Both the position numbers and the translations under genes were made by a program. Under the pieces are notes generated by a model, which saw only the letters and a program-made list of their open reading frames with translations, was not told the origin of the DNA and did no database searches. A stretch of DNA of 64,000 nucleotides. Source: Alphaproteobacteria bacterium. Lineage in GTDB: Bacteria; Pseudomonadota; Alphaproteobacteria; UBA6615. Location of the stretch: contig JBFWVF010000001.1 in assembly GCA_050246875.1 (NCBI GenBank), forward strand, positions 226,640-290,639, given 5' to 3'. Of this stretch, positions 59,948 to 64,000 are shown in pieces (the first letter of the stretch is position 1; every line of letters begins with the position of its first letter).

Positions 59948-61153
59948 ATGACCGCCCCCGCCGACCCGCCGCACGCCCGGCATGTCCTGCTCGTGGGCAT
60001 GCTCGGGGCGTTGTGCGCGCTGGGGCCGCTGGCCCTGTCGATGCACGTGCAGTCGATCCCGGTCATCGTCGCCGACCTCGGCTCCGACTACGCGACGGTT
60101 CAGCTCACCGTCTCGCTGTTTCTCGCCACCTTCGGCCTCGGCATGCTGCTGGTCGGGCCGATCTCCGACCGGCTCGGGCGACGCCCGGTGCTGTTCGGCG
60201 GCCTGGTGCTGTTCACCGCGGCGGCGGCGATTGCCGCCTTCGCGCCGACCGCGGACACCCTGATCGCCGCGCGCGTCGGCCAGGCCGCCGGCGCCGCCGC
60301 GGCGATCATCGTCGCCCGTGCCGTGGTGCAGGACGCCTTTCCGCCGGCGCGCGTCGCCGCGACCATGGCCTTCGTCGCCATGCTGCAGTCCATCGCGCCG
60401 GCCGTAGCCCCCATCCTCGGCGGCGTCGTCGATGCGCTGGCCGGCTGGCGCGCGATCTTCGCGATCCTCGCGGCATCGGGCCTGCTGCTGCTGGCGCTGT
60501 CGGCGTGGCGGCTGCAGGAAACCAACCCGTATCGCACGGCCGGCACGGTCGCGAGCTGGGGCGAGATCGCGGCGCGATTCCTGCGCCTGCTCGGCCTGCG
60601 CCGCTACGTCGGCTACGTCATCCTGCTGTCCTTCGCCACCTGCGGCCTGTTCGGCTTCCTGTCGGCGGGCCCGGCGGTGCTGATCGGCGTGCTCGGCCAT
60701 TCGCGCCTCGAGTTCAGCCTCATGCTGTTCGCCGTCGCTTCGATGTTTTCCGTCGGCAACTACTGCACCAGCCGCCTGCTGCGGCGCATGCACGCCGACC
60801 GCGTGCTGCGCTACGGCGCGCTGCTCAACCTGCTGGCCATGTCGTTGCTGCTCGCCGGCTCGTTCGCGCCCTCGGCGCTGACCATCGTCGGGCCGATGTG
60901 CCTCTATGGCGTCGCTTCCGGACTGGTCTTCCCCAACGCCATCGCCGGCGCCGTCTCGGTCGACCCGCGCATCGCCGGCTCGGCGGCGTCCTTCCAGGGC
61001 TTCATCCAGCTGGCGAGCGGCGCCGTCCTTGCCTTCATCATCGCCGCCCTGCCGACCGACACGATGCGCTGGATGGCGCTGACCTGCCTCGTCATGGCCG
61101 CCGGCGCGGTCGCCGCCCTGCTGCTGCTGCCGCGGCGGCCGGCGCGGGGCTGA
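59948..61153 (+). CDS. MFS transporter (Bcr/CflA drug-resistance subfamily)
   Basis: 401 aa, 12 TM, GPISDRLGRRPVL motif. Confidence 0.8.
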   Translation: MTAPADPPHARHVLLVGMLGALCALGPLALSMHVQSIPVIVADLGSDYATVQLTVSLFLATFGLGMLLVGPISDRLGRRPVLFGGLVLFTAAAAIAAFAPTADTLIAARVGQAAGAAAAIIVARAVVQDAFPPARVAATMAFVAMLQSIAPAVAPILGGVVDALAGWRAIFAILAASGLLLLALSAWRLQETNPYRTAGTVASWGEIAARFLRLLGLRRYVGYVILLSFATCGLFGFLSAGPAVLIGVLGHSRLEFSLMLFAVASMFSVGNYCTSRLLRRMHADRVLRYGALLNLLAMSLLLAGSFAPSALTIVGPMCLYGVASGLVFPNAIAGAVSVDPRIAGSAASFQGFIQLASGAVLAFIIAALPTDTMRWMALTCLVMAAGAVAALLLLPRRPARG

Positions 61154-61174
61154 CCCCGCGCCGGCCGTCCGACC

Positions 61175-62551
61175 TCAGAACTGCGCCGCCTCGGTCGAGC
61201 CAGCGAGGGCGGTGGTGGCGCTGGTGCCGCCGCTCAGCGTGTCGGCGACGGCATCGAACCAGCCGGTGCCGACCTCGCGCTGGTGGCGCACCGCGCTGTA
61301 GCCCTCGTCCTGCGCGGCGAACTCCTCGGCCTGCAGGCGGGCGTAGCCGGCCATGCCGTCCGTGCGGTAGGCGCGGGCGAGCGACCAGGCGGCGTAGCTC
61401 GTGGCATGGAAGCCGGCGAGCGTGACGAACTGGTAGCGGTAGCCCATCGCCCCAAGCTCGCGCTGGAAGCGTGCCTGGTCCGCGCGGTCCATGTGCTTGC
61501 CCCAGTTGAACGAGGGCGAACAGTTGTAGGCGAGCCGCTTGCCCGGATGCGCGGCCTGCACCGCCTCGGCGAAGGCGCGGGCGTGGGCGAGGTCCGGGGT
61601 CGAGGTCTCGCACCACAGCAGGTCGGCATAGGGCGCGTAGGCGATGGCGCGGGCGATCGCCGCCTCGAAGCCCGGCCGCGTGCGGTAGAAGCCCTCGGCC
61701 GTGCGCTCGCCGGTGAGGAACGGGCGGTCGCGCTCGTCGACGTCGCTGGTCACCAGCTTCGCCGCCTCGGCGTCGGTGCGCGCCATGATCAGCGTCGGCA
61801 CGCCGGCGATGTCGGCGGCGAGGCGGGCAGCGTTGAGGGTGCGGATGAAGGCGCCCGTCGGCACCAGCACCTTGCCGCCGAGATGGCCGCACTTCTTCTC
61901 CGCGGCGAGCTGGTCCTCGAAGTGGACGGCGGCGGCGCCGGCCTCGATCAGCCCGCGCATCAGCTCGAAGGCGTTGAGCGGGCCGCCGAAGCCGGCCTCG
62001 GCATCGGCGATGACCGGCACATGGAAGTCCAGCGCCGGCCCGGTGTCCTTGCCGTCGGCGCGTTCCAGCGTCTGGACCACGTCGGCGCGCGACAGCGCCC
62101 GGTTGAGCCGGCGCACCATCGCCGGCATCGAGTCCGCCGGGTAGAGGCTCTGGTCGGGATAGGTTTCGCCGGCGCTGTTGGCGTCGGCCGCCACCTGCCA
62201 GCCGGAGACGTAGATCGCCTCCAGCCCGGCACGCACCGCCTGCACCGCCTGGGTGCCGGTGTAGGCGCCGAGCGTCGGCACGAAGTCGCGGTCGGCGAGC
62301 AGGCGCCACAGCTTGCGCGCGCCGTTCTCGGCCAGCGTATGGGCCACCGGCAGCGAGCCGGCGAGGCGGCGGACCTGGGCCGGCGCGTAGTCGCGGCGAA
62401 TCCCGGCCCAGCGGTCGGGTGCCCAGCAGGGCGCCGGCCAGCCGGCCGCATCGGCGCCGGCCGCGCCGTGGCAGGTCAGCGCGAGGTCGTCCTCGCGGCT
62501 GTCGTGGCTGGCGGCGGGCTGCGCCGTCCGCAGGATCATGTCGTCGGGCAT
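61175..62551 (-). CDS. aceA: Isocitrate lyase
   Basis: ATG 62551 (MPDDMILRT) after GAGGAG. Catalytic KKCGHLGGK and near-identity to E. coli AceA core. 458 aa. Confidence 0.85.
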   Translation of the reverse strand: MPDDMILRTAQPAASHDSREDDLALTCHGAAGADAAGWPAPCWAPDRWAGIRRDYAPAQVRRLAGSLPVAHTLAENGARKLWRLLADRDFVPTLGAYTGTQAVQAVRAGLEAIYVSGWQVAADANSAGETYPDQSLYPADSMPAMVRRLNRALSRADVVQTLERADGKDTGPALDFHVPVIADAEAGFGGPLNAFELMRGLIEAGAAAVHFEDQLAAEKKCGHLGGKVLVPTGAFIRTLNAARLAADIAGVPTLIMARTDAEAAKLVTSDVDERDRPFLTGERTAEGFYRTRPGFEAAIARAIAYAPYADLLWCETSTPDLAHARAFAEAVQAAHPGKRLAYNCSPSFNWGKHMDRADQARFQRELGAMGYRYQFVTLAGFHATSYAAWSLARAYRTDGMAGYARLQAEEFAAQDEGYSAVRHQREVGTGWFDAVADTLSGGTSATTALAGSTEAAQF

Positions 62552-62640
62552 GGCACTTGCTCCTCTCGGAAATGTCGTCTTGAAAATCTTGACAATCACA
62601 GACATGAAATCAATAAGTACATGAATTATCGTTAGAAAAT

Positions 62641-62689
62641 CCGTAAAGAACCGTAAATGTCCAGCGACGAATCCGTAAAGGCGGTAAAG
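62641..62689. repeat. Four direct CGTAAA(G/T) repeats phased 10/22/10 bp across the ramB-like start codon
   Basis: CCGTAAAG 62641, CCGTAAAT 62651 (its last A is the A of the ATG), CCGTAAAG 62673 and GGTAAAG 62683, in the aceA/ramB divergent region. Confidence 0.5.
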
Positions 62690-64000
62690 CCGTCGGCGGC
62701 GGCCGACCGGCTCGGCGCGCGCATTCGCCGCCTGCGGCGCCAGCGCGGCCTGTCGCAGACGGCGCTGGCCGGCCGGCTCGGCATCTCGGCCAGCTACCTC
62801 AACCTGATCGAGCACAATCGCCGCAGCGTGACGGTGCCGCTGCTGCTCAAGCTTGCCGAACTGTTCGAACTCGAACTGTCCGATGTCGCCACCGGCGAGG
62901 ACGACGGCCGGCTGGTCGCCGAGCTGATGGAGGTGTTCGCCGACCCGGTGTTCGATGCCTGCGAGGTGCGCGGCGGCGACGTGCGCGACCTCGTCGCCGG
63001 CAACCCGGCGATCGCCCGCGCGATCGTCGCGCTGCACGACGCCTGGCGCCATGCGAAGAGCGACGCCGCCAGCCTCGCCATCCGCGACGGCGACGGCAGC
63101 GAGCCGGTGCCGGGCGAACCGCGCCAGCCGGCCGAGCTGGTATCCGACTTCCTGCAGGCGGCCGGCAACCACTTCCCCGCCCTGGAGGCGGCGGCCGAGC
63201 GTGTCGCCCATGACGTGGCGCTGACCGGCGAGGGCGCGGTCGGCGGCCTGTCGGTCTTCCTCGCCAATGCCTTCGGCGTGCGCATCGCGGTGCTGCCGTC
63301 GGCCCGTGGCCAGGGCGCGATGCGCCGCTACGATCCCGAGACGCGCACGCTGCTGCTGTCGGAGATGCTGCCGGGCGCCAGCCGCGCCTTCCAGATGGCG
63401 CACCAGCTCGCGCTGCTCGCCGCCGACGAGGAAATCGACCGCGCCCTCGACGCCGGCGGACTGGCGGAAGACGGTGAGGCCCGCACGCTCGGCCGCATCG
63501 CCCTCGCCAACTACTTTGCCGGCGCGGTGCTGATGCCCTACGTGCCGTTCCTCGAGGCGGCGAAGGCGCTGCGTTACGACGTCGAACTGCTGGCGCACCG
63601 TTTCTCGATGAGCTTCGAGCAGGTCTGCCACCGCCTCACCAACCTGCAGCGGCCGGGATGGCGCGGCGTGCCGTTCCACATGCTGCGCACCGACATCGCC
63701 GGCAACATCTCCAAGCGCATCTCGCTGTCGGGCATCCACATTCCGCGCCATGGCGGCCTCTGCCCGCGCTGGAACGTCCACGCCGCCTACCTGCGTCCGG
63801 GCACGATCATCGCGCAGGTCTCGCTGATGCCGGACGGCGAGGCCTATTTCTGCATCGCCCGCAGCGTGCGCAAGGGCACCGCCGGCCACGGCGCGCCGCA
63901 GAGCTGGGTGTCGATCGGGCTCGGCTGCCGGCTGGAGCACGCGCGCGAGCTGGTCTACGCCGACGGCATGGACCTCGCCAGCCCGGACGTGGCGGTGCCC
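62657..64000 (+). CDS. RamB/ScfR-type XRE-family regulator (HTH plus DUF2083), runs off window end
   Basis: Translation from ATG 62657 has no stop to the window end. HTH ([25 protein letters not shown]) and C-terminal collinearity with Mycobacterium RamB ([39 protein letters not shown]). Not in the ORF track because no stop falls within the window. Confidence 0.75.
   Translation, partial: MSSDESVKAVKPSAAADRLGARIRRLRRQRGLSQTALAGRLGISASYLNLIEHNRRSVTVPLLLKLAELFELELSDVATGEDDGRLVAELMEVFADPVFDACEVRGGDVRDLVAGNPAIARAIVALHDAWRHAKSDAASLAIRDGDGSEPVPGEPRQPAELVSDFLQAAGNHFPALEAAAERVAHDVALTGEGAVGGLSVFLANAFGVRIAVLPSARGQGAMRRYDPETRTLLLSEMLPGASRAFQMAHQLALLAADEEIDRALDAGGLAEDGEARTLGRIALANYFAGAVLMPYVPFLEAAKALRYDVELLAHRFSMSFEQVCHRLTNLQRPGWRGVPFHMLRTDIAGNISKRISLSGIHIPRHGGLCPRWNVHAAYLRPGTIIAQVSLMPDGEAYFCIARSVRKGTAGHGAPQSWVSIGLGCRLEHARELVYADGMDLASPDVAVP

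Noticed and set aside
62552-63940. Upstream 460-aa extension of the aceA ORF (61175..63940)
   Set aside because: Antisense to the strongly supported RamB-like regulator. Isocitrate lyase homology and an RBS begin at 62551.

Overview
This 64 kb window reads as high-GC (about 68-70%) alphaproteobacterial chromosome, most likely Hyphomicrobiales/Rhizobiales. The placement is supported by a split three-gene pntAA-pntAB-pntB, an SspB-alpha adaptor, a two-piece tmRNA and a GTTC-N7-GTTC LexA box. It is densely packed with about 60 genes, mostly core metabolism. I found no integrase, transposase, CRISPR array or prophage. From start to end the layout is:
- glmU (3' truncated), an SOS-associated SRAP peptidase, and nrdAB with a LexA box and NrdR-like boxes in the shared leader.
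- A minus-strand run of ssrA (two-piece tmRNA), sspB, a TfoX-N-domain gene, fumC and a small ribbon-helix-helix (RHH) gene.
- thyA-folA, then mrp/apbC, hflKC and degP.
- An HMGL-like gene and serB, with miaA divergent, then ilvBN-ilvC.
- An acyl-CoA ligase, an M3 oligoendopeptidase, an ABC1 kinase, and a tandem pair of VOC genes.
- pntAA-AB-B, then rpsU.
- mntR translationally coupled to a family-5 substrate-binding protein plus two permeases with no ATPase gene, divergent from sitABCD.
- Tandem Gfo/Idh/MocA paralogs, an LLM oxidoreductase, a GST, a rhodanese, a DMT transporter, an FAD oxidase, an acyl-CoA dehydrogenase and speD-speE.
- A 9-gene minus-strand cluster (50294-59779): haloalkane-dehalogenase-like, alpha/beta hydrolase, HisC/CobD-like PLP enzyme, aldolase-SDR fusion, NIPSNAP, bicupin, NIPSNAP, ThDP enzyme and a HAD-IIIA phosphatase.
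- An MFS transporter, aceA, and a divergent RamB-like regulator.

The observations I rate highest are:
- An unannotated two-piece tmRNA sits immediately upstream of its own tag adaptor sspB.
- The compact uncharacterised operon (50294-57753) in which a HisC-like and a HisB-N-like step flank a mirror NIPSNAP-bicupin-NIPSNAP arrangement.
- mntR overlaps the start of an ATPase-less NikA/Dpp-family importer.
- A composite REP-like inverted-repeat family (core TTCGACAGGCTCAGG) occurs at four or more loci.
- The rpsU start looks like AUC rather than AUG.

Many long overlapping ORFs in the supplied track are GC-driven antisense artefacts; the main ones are listed in noticed_but_rejected.
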